Shown here piece after piece: positions 48,288 to 57,804 of a stretch of DNA of 64,000 bases. The stretch is from a virus. Made by a program: the position numbers and the translations under genes. Every line of letters begins with the position of its first letter. The stretch's first letter is position 1. The notes below the pieces were generated by a model. It saw nothing but the letters and a program-made list of their open reading frames with translations, did no database searches and was not told where the DNA came from. Location: positions 1-64,000 of the IMG/VR virus record IMGVR_UViG_3300025030_000062. One strand, given 5' to 3'.

Positions 48288-48564
48288 ATGCAAAGTATTC
48301 GCCTTTCTCGTAGAACATTTCTCCCTCATATTGTCCTGCGCCATTGGACGGAAACTGTATTGCTGTTGGATCGCAAATGCTTCCGTCAGGTCTAACTGTC
48401 CACCAATGAGGTTGTGGTTCATCGTCCCAAACAGGACAAACATAATAACCCCAAACCAAAGCTAATGTAGCGTCGTTTTGCACTGCTTTGTTTGAGTATT
48501 CGAAGCATTTGCCAGTGAAGAACAACGCTTCTGGTAGTACAATTCCGTTGTCATTTATTAGCAA
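48286..48564 (-). CDS. Hypothetical Cys-His-Asp (transglutaminase/papain-like) protein
   Basis: GKC...PHWW...DPT; paralog of 59537-59890. Confidence 0.6.
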   Translation of the reverse strand: MLINDNGIVLPEALFFTGKCFEYSNKAVQNDATLALVWGYYVCPVWDDEPQPHWWTVRPDGSICDPTAIQFPSNGAGQYEGEMFYEKGEYFA

Positions 48565-48573
48565 AGCTTACTC

Positions 48574-50625
48574 CTAAAAGAACTTGATTTGTTGCTCACG
48601 TTTGTAAAACCCAATATCGAAAAGTATGCCGTTAGTAATGCTTATATACTTCTCGTAATCAACATCCGTAGGAAACTCTTCAGGTAAATCCATACAAGGT
48701 CTACCGCCTTCTGAATTTGCTACTTTGTTACCGTTAGAAATGTAGCTTATACAGCCTTGCTGATATTTAGCGTAATAATATCTTACAACCTTGCCTAAGT
48801 AAAAACCATCTTTCTCAGCACCGCCTTTTACGTTCATAAGTGAAATAAACCGTCTGATATCAGTACAACTTTTAATAGTTTCCTCTACAGGTATATTGTG
48901 GGTAAGCAAAGCTATTACTGCGTCAGAACAAACTAAATGTTGCGGGTTTTTAGATAACACGCTATTTAAAGCTGAACCGCGTTCGGCGTAGCGGCCTTTG
49001 ACCTTACAACCCATTCTATCGTCAAAGAATTCAGCCTTAGCATCACCTTTCTCCTTAATTGCGAGATAATTGTTAACATCAGCTGAATATATGGCTTTAT
49101 AGCGCGTTTCTTCTGTTTCAAAACCAGTTTCTTGTTCCCATTGTTTAATAACTTGAAGTAGTTCGTCATACTTTTCAACAGGACATTTCATTACTATTCC
49201 ATCTGTATTTCCAGACACTACAGGTATGCCTACAAGTTCGATCATTTCAATTAGCATTAATAACGAAAGTTGACCAGTAAGCGTTACTGTGATCATAAGC
49301 TTCGGTGAATAGAAACGCGAATATTTAGAACCTAAAAGACCGAATCCTGCATTGATTACAATTTTCTTGGAATCTGTTTCAACCTTAGCTTTCTTCAACT
49401 CAGCTTTTATAGTTTGGTTCTGTTCTATTATCTTTTTAAGCTTGCCGACTTTATCTTTAGCATCTAACCTTTGTCTAACAATCGAACTGTAAACTGTAAG
49501 AAAGGGAAGACCCATGTTTTCAGGAAACAATTTCAGATTCAGAACTATATTAGGATAAAAGCTTGCAGCGTCAACGTCAAGAAGCAACACTTCTTCAGTA
49601 GCCACATGAGATGCGGAACTTTCAGTGCTATGAAGACCGCCTATCGTTAAGTTGTAATTCGATATTCCTATTGATAATTGCAAATTATCAATGCTTTGTG
49701 GAATTAAAACTTTACCTGTATCTCTTACTACAAATTCGGCATCGCGTACAACTTCAAGCATATGCTGCAATACCGGAGTTTTGTATTTAATAAAGCCGGG
49801 AATGTCATATTTGAAAGTAGTTCCAGGTTCAACTGTTTGACGTTTAGGATTGCGTCCGGTGATTTTAGCAACTTCTGAACACACGACAGTTTCCGAAATC
49901 TGTGCGTCACCTTTCGATCTTAAATCCATTCCGTAATAAAGACTAAGTTCTGCTCTAAGTTCCAATTGTGGGCACAATTCTTTAAGCAAAAGCGAAGTAC
50001 ATTCAAGATCGTTTATGCAATAAAGGCGTACTGTATCACGCTGAGCTTGAGTTAGATAAGTGTTAGGATTATAAGGAAGGTCTTGCAATCTAGGTGCATG
50101 TAAACGTCCAGCGTATGTTTTCAAAGAAGCCGAAAGAGGGGCTACTTCAATAAGGTCGATATGGTTGATTTTGCCGCATTTGAATGAATATGCTTGTTCA
50201 ATATCTCTTATGCGCCAATTACCTTTAATTATAAAATCAGTTACGTTTTTAAGTGCCTCGTTATTAGCACCTTGGAGCGCAAGCCATAATAAGGGTAAGT
50301 CGAAATTAGCTGAGTTAAAACCTACATGACATCCATTGTGCAATAGCCAAAGCAACTTGTGTTTATCAAAATCTTTTTCAGGAGTTCGTTCGAAATAAAC
50401 AACTTGTTTAGTGGCGTAGCATTGAAAAGCTGCTAGGAAATACCCCGGATAAATTTCAAGGTCGTAAACAAACACGTTTCCTTTTGCTTCGTATAACTTT
50501 TCATCTGTAAATTCAGTAAAGTTTATTTCTTTACGCTCTAATGCAACTGTTAGTGTTTTACCTTGTCTTTTAATAGGAACAAGTTCTTCATCGGTAAAGA
50601 ACTTGTTAGGAGCTAATCGGTTCAT
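48574..50625 (-). CDS. Family-B DNA polymerase with 3'-5' exonuclease
   Basis: YDLEIY, GFNSANFD, YCIND; DAASFYPN, KIVINAGFG, NTDG. Confidence 0.9.
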   Translation of the reverse strand: MNRLAPNKFFTDEELVPIKRQGKTLTVALERKEINFTEFTDEKLYEAKGNVFVYDLEIYPGYFLAAFQCYATKQVVYFERTPEKDFDKHKLLWLLHNGCHVGFNSANFDLPLLWLALQGANNEALKNVTDFIIKGNWRIRDIEQAYSFKCGKINHIDLIEVAPLSASLKTYAGRLHAPRLQDLPYNPNTYLTQAQRDTVRLYCINDLECTSLLLKELCPQLELRAELSLYYGMDLRSKGDAQISETVVCSEVAKITGRNPKRQTVEPGTTFKYDIPGFIKYKTPVLQHMLEVVRDAEFVVRDTGKVLIPQSIDNLQLSIGISNYNLTIGGLHSTESSASHVATEEVLLLDVDAASFYPNIVLNLKLFPENMGLPFLTVYSSIVRQRLDAKDKVGKLKKIIEQNQTIKAELKKAKVETDSKKIVINAGFGLLGSKYSRFYSPKLMITVTLTGQLSLLMLIEMIELVGIPVVSGNTDGIVMKCPVEKYDELLQVIKQWEQETGFETEETRYKAIYSADVNNYLAIKEKGDAKAEFFDDRMGCKVKGRYAERGSALNSVLSKNPQHLVCSDAVIALLTHNIPVEETIKSCTDIRRFISLMNVKGGAEKDGFYLGKVVRYYYAKYQQGCISYISNGNKVANSEGGRPCMDLPEEFPTDVDYEKYISITNGILFDIGFYKREQQIKFF

Positions 50626-51415
50626 AATCAACTCCTTTATTGTCTCTATTTCCTTTGCTAACGTTGCAACCTAAGTGCGCAAGCTGAACGTTTTCCGCGC
50701 AGTGCAACCCGCCTTTAGATAAAGGAATTATATGGTCGATTGAAGGGGATAATGGATTTGGAAACTTAAAACTAACATCAACTTGTTTGCCACATAGTTT
50801 GCAGATAAATCCATCACGTTCGTAAATTTTATTGTGATTTATGTTTTCAACGAATTGAGCTTTACGTTTAGCTCTACGTTCAGCGGAATATTGCGCGAAC
50901 TTTAAAGCATTAGCGATTCTATAGTTCTTACCTTTAGTTTTAATCTTATCAGGATGTTTAGCACAAAATCTTTTTTCTTTAGCTTTAACTTTTTCAGGGT
51001 TTTCTTTATTCCATTTTACAATTCCGGCTTTTACTTTTTCTTTGTTTTCATCTCTATACTTTTTAGCTTGCGCTCTGGATTTTTCTGGATTTTCTTTTCT
51101 ATATTTTTTACTATATTCTGAAGCATAATTTGGATTCAGTTCTCTATAACGTTTGTTGCGTTCGTTATACTCTTCGAGTTTATTCAATCTACGTTCTCTT
51201 GCTTTGACTGAACATTCTTCTTTATTAAGTTCGTAATGTTTTTTACGGTATTGTTTTAATTTTTCTTTATTATTTTCTCTATGCTTCTTTGCTTTTTCTG
51301 CATTGCGAATTTTACATTTTTCACATACAGTTATTCCTGGCAAAGCTTCGTTTTTGCATCTGGTACATTTACGAAATACTAATTCAACTACTGGAATATC
51401 TTCGATTTTGAACAT
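50606..51415 (-). CDS. Free-standing HNH endonuclease
   Basis: RDGFICKLCG...DHIIPLSKGGLH...NVQLAHLGCNVSK; overlaps the polymerase start. Confidence 0.9.
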   Translation of the reverse strand: MFKIEDIPVVELVFRKCTRCKNEALPGITVCEKCKIRNAEKAKKHRENNKEKLKQYRKKHYELNKEECSVKARERRLNKLEEYNERNKRYRELNPNYASEYSKKYRKENPEKSRAQAKKYRDENKEKVKAGIVKWNKENPEKVKAKEKRFCAKHPDKIKTKGKNYRIANALKFAQYSAERRAKRKAQFVENINHNKIYERDGFICKLCGKQVDVSFKFPNPLSPSIDHIIPLSKGGLHCAENVQLAHLGCNVSKGNRDNKGVDYEPISS

Positions 51416-51432
51416 AAAGCGCCTCTTTTGAA

Positions 51433-51636
51433 TTAAATTGAAAGTTTAACTGGACTTAAATAGTTGTATAGAGTTACAATTTTGTCAGAACCTGAATCTT
51501 TATCATTACCTCTTTGTAAAAATGAACGCAGCCATTCTACTTGTAATCCGGTATCTATGGCTATTTGAGTTAGTTTTAAACTAATATGTCTATTTTTTAG
51601 TAATGACCAAGTTTTAAGACGAAGTTCTATATTCAT
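51433..51636 (-). CDS. Small HTH-like regulator
   Basis: LTQIAIDTGLQVEWLRSF...KIVTLYNYL. Confidence 0.65.
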   Translation of the reverse strand: MNIELRLKTWSLLKNRHISLKLTQIAIDTGLQVEWLRSFLQRGNDKDSGSDKIVTLYNYLSPVKLSI

Positions 51637-51658
51637 AAATATTCTCCTTTAAAATGAA

Positions 51659-51698
51659 ACTGAGGCGTATCCTAGCATAAACAGGACGCCTCAGTCAA
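51659..51698 (-). promoter_or_regulatory. Promoter embedded in an inverted repeat
   Basis: TTGACT-18 bp-TAGGAT on the - strand, overlapping ACTGAGGCGT/ACGCCTCAGT. Confidence 0.55.
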
Positions 51699-51740
51699 TG
51701 AGATTTTACTGATATTGATGAAAAGTTACGTTAAAATATT

Positions 51741-52784
51741 TTAAGCACGAACCCCCATTAAAGCCCCGCGCACCTTAATGCTATTTGCTTCACCAAAGAA
51801 CATAGCGTAGTTATTAGAATAGAAATCAACAACCTTAATACAACTTTCAATACGTTTCAATTGCTTGATGTTAAAGCAAGGACCGAAATGTATTCCAGGT
51901 ACATCGAACACAGCACCTTCGCCCTTGTCTCTATGTGATTGCAAGCAGTTCTCGCCAAAGTACACATTACCTGATTTGCTGAACGGCTCAATAGCAACTA
52001 GAGCTTTATAAAAGCCTATAGGTAGCGGTTGCGGATTACAAGCTACGTTTAAGATATTGTCAATGTTAGGATAAGCTTCTTCGTAAAGCTGCGTTTTGAC
52101 CCATGAGTTATCGTCGTAGAAAAAGGTAACAGAGTTGTTAGAAAATCCTAATTCCTTGAGCGATTTATCGGTGTCGAGCACAGCTGAGATGAATGACTTT
52201 GGCAACAAGAGGGTAGGCAGGTTCATACCGTGCCATACTTCCATGATTACAACAGCATCAGTGCTGATTAGAGAATTCTGACGCAACAATACAGAGCCAA
52301 GGATGACTTTCTTGGCGTCTTCTTTGCTGAAGGGTGCTGCGATATCCATTCCTGCCTTAATCGCGTCAGAAACGGCAGCACAGGGCGCGTCCGGTGCGAA
52401 TCCCGGCGACTCTTCCGGTAAACAAGGAATCGCGGCTGAGAACTTGTCTGCTTTAACAAAAAGCTTGCCAGGATCAACCTGAGTCATGGCAAACTCGGTA
52501 GGACAGTTGCGAATAGCCTCAAGCAGATGCATGATATGCGGCCTAGAGTTCAAATCAACATCAGTCCTAATGCCAGCTGAGATGACGTTGTTTGAAGCTG
52601 TCAATCGTCCGTTATTAAAGCAACAATGTTGTTGTTGGGGCGTACCTGATTTATCAAAGACAACGGAGATAAATTCAAGTTCCTCAAACAGCTTGACAGA
52701 GCGGTTAGCTTTCGGCTTTTGAGTCTTAGTTTGCTTGACTGGCTTAGGCTGCTTAATTGATTTGGAGATAACTCTAGCTGGCAT
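51741..52784 (-). CDS. DNA sliding clamp (beta-clamp-like)
   Basis: 347 aa; LTASN, ISTDA, YPNIDNIL, FNIKQL, RGALMGVR; next to the polymerase. Confidence 0.75.
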   Translation of the reverse strand: MPARVISKSIKQPKPVKQTKTQKPKANRSVKLFEELEFISVVFDKSGTPQQQHCCFNNGRLTASNNVISAGIRTDVDLNSRPHIMHLLEAIRNCPTEFAMTQVDPGKLFVKADKFSAAIPCLPEESPGFAPDAPCAAVSDAIKAGMDIAAPFSKEDAKKVILGSVLLRQNSLISTDAVVIMEVWHGMNLPTLLLPKSFISAVLDTDKSLKELGFSNNSVTFFYDDNSWVKTQLYEEAYPNIDNILNVACNPQPLPIGFYKALVAIEPFSKSGNVYFGENCLQSHRDKGEGAVFDVPGIHFGPCFNIKQLKRIESCIKVVDFYSNNYAMFFGEANSIKVRGALMGVRA

Positions 52785-52793
52785 TTTAATACC

Positions 52794-53726
52794 TCACAGG
52801 TTGCGTAGCAAATCGGTTTTGTCAATCAAACGCCGTAACAAGATAGCAATATTGCTTCCACATAAACAACCGCGATCAACTTGTTCAACATGTGTAGTAT
52901 TACTTACTCTGAATCTATCACCTCTCCAAGTGAACCTAATTGCGTCAGGTTCACTTACATCTATATCTTTAATTTGCTCAGGATAAGGAAGTGACGTAAT
53001 AACAAGTTCAAGAAGTTCTTCGTTTTTCATATAAAATCTCCTTCAATCAAAGCTTCAGTTGCGATACAAACAGGGCAATCACAGTTCTTGTTGCTTACGC
53101 CAAGTCCGTTACATTCGCAATCGCGGTCTGTTATGCGTTCTAGGGCGATTTTGTAGATAGAGAGTTTAGCAGCCATCGATTTATACTCTTCAACTGTTCT
53201 AGCGGTCATTGAGCGCATAGGAGGTTGACCGTTGATTTCTAATGTTTCTTCTAAATCCATTGCCTAACCTCCTTCGGCCTATCAGACACATCTTCGCCAT
53301 TAGCAAGCTTATGTTTGTAAATCTTATACAAGCTGTCGCTTACTACCCATTTGGGGATCATCGGACCTAGTTCGCAATCCATACATTGTTCAGCAAGATA
53401 TTGCCCACAATTTGTACAGTTCATTCTAAACATCCTCCGCAAAGGTCACAAACTTTGTTCTCAGTGTCGCACATCTCAGCATCTTCGTCGTGTAACTCAG
53501 GATCAACCATTTCAACAACCTTGTTAAGCTCAGCGGCAGCTGCTTCGTATTTGGCTTTAGCAAGGTCGTAAGCAGCTTGAGCTTCAGTTTTCAGGAAAGC
53601 GTGCGCTTCGGTCCAGGTGTTGAACCATTTACACCACTTAGTATTAATAGCTCCAAATCCATAATTAAATTCTTCCTTAACTATTTCAGGCGTGTAAGTC
53701 CCAAGCATTGCGCCGTACTTTATCAT
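52794..53726 (-). CDS. Four small hypothetical ORFs (52794-53030, 53027-53260, ~53251-53424, 53421-53726)
   Basis: Coupled start/stop codons and RBS motifs. Confidence 0.55.
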
Positions 53727-53754
53727 TTCATTTCTCCGCTAGAGGGAACTAGAG

Positions 53755-54183
53755 TTAAATTAGAAACAAGTATTCGGAGTGATCTCTTGCGTGATGCAAT
53801 GCACAATACCACTTAACCTCAAGAGGTTTGCTGTAGTCTTCGTGGTGCGCCAATACAGGCGTAGCTCCGCAAATTTCACAAGGTAATTTTATTAATTTGC
53901 CTGTTTTAACGGCATATTGGACGGCTCTATGCGCTTCGTGCTTTTCAGGATTACGTCTGCGCCAATCAGCAGTTCTCTCAGTTTTGTTCTCTTTACGTTT
54001 AGGGTCTTCCCGATAGCGTCTCGTATCATATTCTCTAACACTATCGTTGTTAATGCGATGAACTCTGACATCTTTCTTAGTACAATCTTTACACTTATTA
54101 AGATGACCGTCTCCCATTTGAGGATGTTTGTAGAATTCGGAAAGCGGTAGATGCCTATTACATTTAAAGCATGTCTTGCGCAT
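53755..54183 (-). CDS. HNH-type endonuclease
   Basis: KTCFKC...EFYKH...CKDC; PCEICG...AHHEDYSKPLEVKWYCALHH. Confidence 0.8.
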   Translation of the reverse strand: MRKTCFKCNRHLPLSEFYKHPQMGDGHLNKCKDCTKKDVRVHRINNDSVREYDTRRYREDPKRKENKTERTADWRRRNPEKHEAHRAVQYAVKTGKLIKLPCEICGATPVLAHHEDYSKPLEVKWYCALHHARDHSEYLFLI

Positions 54184-54193
54184 AATTAACCTC

Positions 54194-55046
54194 TCAAAAG
54201 GGACATTCCGCGTAACTCCAATCACCACAAGCCTTAACTATTATCCTAACAGGAGGTCTAGCATTAAAAGCTTTACATAATTCAGCTTGTTCATCAAATT
54301 TCTCGCAATTTAAACACGAACGCATGTTCTTGTCAAGGATATCTATCACTTGAATGCATAATTGATCAGCCAGCTTGTTAATTGCTTCTTGTCTTGATAC
54401 GTATGTATTGTGGGAACGGTCATGCATTTCGGTTGCTGTCATTCCTTCGCTCATAATTGCTCCTTCGTGGGTCGGTAGTTCGTAATTAGGTGCTCTAAGA
54501 CTTGATCAAAGGTTTCATTCTCAAGAGTTAAAATTGAGATTGGCTTAACCGTGCCTGCGAAAGTCTTAAGTCTATATTCAACCACATCAACTTTAGGGTA
54601 AGTATGAAATTCGACAACACCAGGCTCAGGTTCATTTAATACAAGAACTCTTAAGTATGTCCCGTTAATCATGACCCGTTGACCATCCAGTGGTCCGCCT
54701 ACGCACATGTAGCCTTTCAACATAATATCCTCTCCAATCGCTCCATATCCGAACGAGCGTTATTTAAGAAATCCCAAGGTTCCGTTAGGGCAAGGTATCC
54801 AAGCTGTACCAATAACTTGCTCAACGTAGTACATGCCTTTAATCTTCCTGATTCTAAGCTTCTTGCTCTTAGAATACTCAATACCTTCTTTCATATTGCC
54901 AAACCTCGCATTACAAATTTATTCAGTTCTTTGTCGAGAATGTAAGTGTAAGTACGGCAATTAATAGAAGAGGTGAACGAGCTTATTTCAGAACTAAACT
55001 CAACTTCTTGATTGTCAAGTGGACCGCCTATGCAGAGTAGTTTCAT
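54194..55046 (-). CDS. Small ORFs 54194-54454, 54451-54723 and 54891-55046 (the last two share C[VI]GGPLD)
   Basis: ORF track plus manual translation. Confidence 0.55.
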
Positions 55047-55058
55047 TTGTTGGCTCCT

Positions 55059-55703
55059 TTATTCAGCTATAAACACGCAGAGTTTGTTATTAACAGTTTC
55101 GGTTCTTAGTTCAGGAATCACAGTACCTATAAAGCCGCGCAAGCACGATTTTGCACTAGATAAACTGCTATAATGATGGTCAAGCACCTTAATAAGTTCG
55201 TTGAATTCAACTCCTGGTTTAGCGCGTACTAGATTAACCAACTCTCGGCAAGTACGTTTGAAAGGAGTCCATTGACCACCTTTACTCGATCCCGCCTCGC
55301 AAAACGTTTTCTGTTCTTCGTGCAATTTCAGCAAGTGCGGTTTGCGATTGAGTTTAGGTTTAACGCTTTCTTCAACTAAATCTCTATCTATTTCAATCCT
55401 AATAACACCAATTCCGTAATCTTTGCACACATTCTTAGCTAAACCTCTGTAGCCTGCTGATTTCCAAGGAACTGCTACTGAACTGTAATGGCAATGTCTA
55501 CGCCAATTGTAAGCTTGTTCGATAACAGGAAAGCCAAATGAAAGCTTAGCTTCAATTGCCCATTGAATCTTGTCGCGGGTAGCAACGATATCAACTCTAC
55601 CACCTGGACCTTCAACCTCTTGATAGATCGTCCAGCCCCATTCCTGAAGGTTCTTTATCAAGCATTGAGCTAGTTCTTGTTCGGTTATTTTAGGTTGTTT
55701 CAT
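55059..55703 (-). CDS. PD-(D/E)XK nuclease (MmcB-like)
   Basis: YQEV...RVDIVA...AIEAK. Confidence 0.75.
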   Translation of the reverse strand: MKQPKITEQELAQCLIKNLQEWGWTIYQEVEGPGGRVDIVATRDKIQWAIEAKLSFGFPVIEQAYNWRRHCHYSSVAVPWKSAGYRGLAKNVCKDYGIGVIRIEIDRDLVEESVKPKLNRKPHLLKLHEEQKTFCEAGSSKGGQWTPFKRTCRELVNLVRAKPGVEFNELIKVLDHHYSSLSSAKSCLRGFIGTVIPELRTETVNNKLCVFIAE

Positions 55704-55712
55704 ATTGTTCCT

Positions 55713-56242
55713 TTACACAAATTCAATTTCAGTTTCAAAGGGAATTGTGCAGCCGTTAGTTAGTTCAGGTCCGAATACATGCATAACTTCATGCATTTGC
55801 ATTTTAAATCTTCCGTCGCGTTGCAAATACATTTCAACGTAAGGCGACGGGTCAAGTCCTAGTTCTTTGTAATACTTATTAAATATCTCTTCGCCGCGCT
55901 TAGTTACTTTTATCAAAACTTGGTCATTAACGTTAAATCTCACGCTCATTGTTCAGTCTCCTTTAACGCCGTAGCTAGATACTCAGACTTAATTTCAAGT
56001 ATCTCAGCTTCTAACTCTTTAACTTTCTCTTTCAACTCTTTGTTAATATAGTCAAGTTCTCGAATCTGATCTTCCTTGCAACTAATCTGATTCTGAAGAT
56101 CATCCCATTCCTCAGAGCAATTACCTTCAAGCACCTCAATAACTCGCAATACAGCTTCATCAGTTATCGTGTGCTTGTAAGCTTCAAGCCAATCTTTTAC
56201 GTCTTCGTAAGTTTCAATTAAAGCTTCGTCGCGCCTAGACAT
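55713..56242 (-). CDS. Two hypothetical ORFs (55713-55949, 55946-56242)
   Basis: Coupled ORFs with RBS. Confidence 0.55.
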
Positions 56243-56246
56243 TACA

Positions 56247-56915
56247 CTACCTCCCTATTTCCACGTTAGCCGGAATAACCCTTTGCAGTTCACCAGCAAG
56301 CAGATATCTAACAAGCTGTTCTATATCAGAAGTACTCACTTCAGCTTCTTTAATAGCGTTGTACTCAGCATCGGTAAAGGAAAGAGTGATTGCAGTAGGC
56401 GCTTTAGGAGGGTGAAGCAGTTTTGCAAGAGTATCTTTAGGCATAATTTCCTCGCTAGGTGTTTGGTTAAAGACGAATAAAGGACGATTCTTAATTTCAC
56501 ACACGCTGCATCTCGGTCCTGCTCCGCGTACATTAACAGTACATCTTTCGCTGTTTTCAAGCATTGCTTCACATTGTTTACTTATTTTCATATTTTCCTC
56601 CAAAGTTTCAATAGCTCCCAAAGAGCATTGTCTATTTAGAAGCACTACAGGATCAATAACCTCTCCGCATAGTGGACATTGCCAAGCGTCAAAGTGTCTT
56701 ACAAAGTCATAAAATCTTTCCTGGCGCATAGGCGCTTTGCAGCGAGGACATTTCATTATTCTTCCTTGATAAACTTCGCAAAGTTGAGCATTCATCATCC
56801 TGATATTATCAGACTCACATAACCCTTCTTCGTCCATGCAAACGTATCTCTTGGTTAACTTGTAAGTAACACAGTCGATCATTAAAGCAGCAGGTCTTTC
56901 AGTGTCAGCAAACAA
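56247..56915 (-). CDS. Composite Zn-finger ORF with internal starts at 56756 and 56591
   Basis: MKCPRC...AWQCPLCGEVID; GGAGG before ATG 56591. Confidence 0.55.
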   Translation of the reverse strand: MFADTERPAALMIDCVTYKLTKRYVCMDEEGLCESDNIRMMNAQLCEVYQGRIMKCPRCKAPMRQERFYDFVRHFDAWQCPLCGEVIDPVVLLNRQCSLGAIETLEENMKISKQCEAMLENSERCTVNVRGAGPRCSVCEIKNRPLFVFNQTPSEEIMPKDTLAKLLHPPKAPTAITLSFTDAEYNAIKEAEVSTSDIEQLVRYLLAGELQRVIPANVEIGR

Positions 56916-56941
56916 ATCAGTTAGCTTAATAGGGTTTTCAT

Positions 56942-57391
56942 TTACCTCTCATAGTTATAAACATGAATATCAATTTGATGCTCGTTGCTAACATGTTCAA
57001 GAATCTGTAACACTATATTCCAATCACCACCAGCGTTATTGCAGCCCATTCCTAGCGGCAAGCCAAGCTTAAAAGGTTGTTGCAATTGCTCTGCTAAGGA
57101 ATGTAAAGCATTGTGAAGTGCATCATAATCTGTATAGCGTTTATCCCTACCGTAGCGAAATTGGCCGTACAAGTGAGTTACCTTCTTGCTCCCTAGTTCA
57201 TGACCTATCAAGCACGTTCCAAGGCGCTCGTTTACAGGCCTTTTGTCTTCGAAGTAGGGTAGACATGCCCTTGGAAAGAGTTTACTGATTCTGAGGGCAA
57301 TTCCGGCTCCCATTTTCGCTTGACAGTTGACTTGGTGAGCGATCACCGTGCAGTCACTGGCTAGAAGGTCTTCGTTGTGGTAGATGATCAT
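56942..57391 (-). CDS. Macrodomain ADP-ribose-processing protein (Poa1p/DarG-like)
   Basis: DLL...IAHQVNCQAKMGAGIA...HLYGQ...P.GMGCNNAGGDW. Confidence 0.9.
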   Translation of the reverse strand: MIIYHNEDLLASDCTVIAHQVNCQAKMGAGIALRISKLFPRACLPYFEDKRPVNERLGTCLIGHELGSKKVTHLYGQFRYGRDKRYTDYDALHNALHSLAEQLQQPFKLGLPLGMGCNNAGGDWNIVLQILEHVSNEHQIDIHVYNYER

Positions 57392-57788
57392 ACCAGCTTC
57401 TCAATTTGTTCGATAATCTCTTCAAGAGCAAAGCAAACATCACAAATATAATTAACTTCTCTATCACATTTGCATTGTTTATCGTTGCTATAACTGTAGA
57501 TTATTTCAAGAATTTGCTTTTTAGCCGCGTTATATCCTTCGTTGCAAGCTCTAACTTCTATCTGTTGTTTACTAAACATATTACCTCCTTACCCAACCTC
57601 TCACACAACTCAACAGCCTCCTGTTCGCTGAACTCACCTGAACCAGCGGCAACCAATGTTACAGGACCGACGCAAATGGACTTAATTGAAGCATCACAAC
57701 CTCTCAACTGTTCGAACAGTAGTATTTGATTCTTAGCAAACTGTTTGGTATTCATGTTAAGGTACTTGTACTCAACAAGCTCACTCAT
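57388..57788 (-). CDS. Two small hypothetical ORFs (57388-57579, 57558-57788)
   Basis: RBS motifs. Confidence 0.5.
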
Positions 57789-57804
57789 TTATGTCTCCTT
57801 TGAG

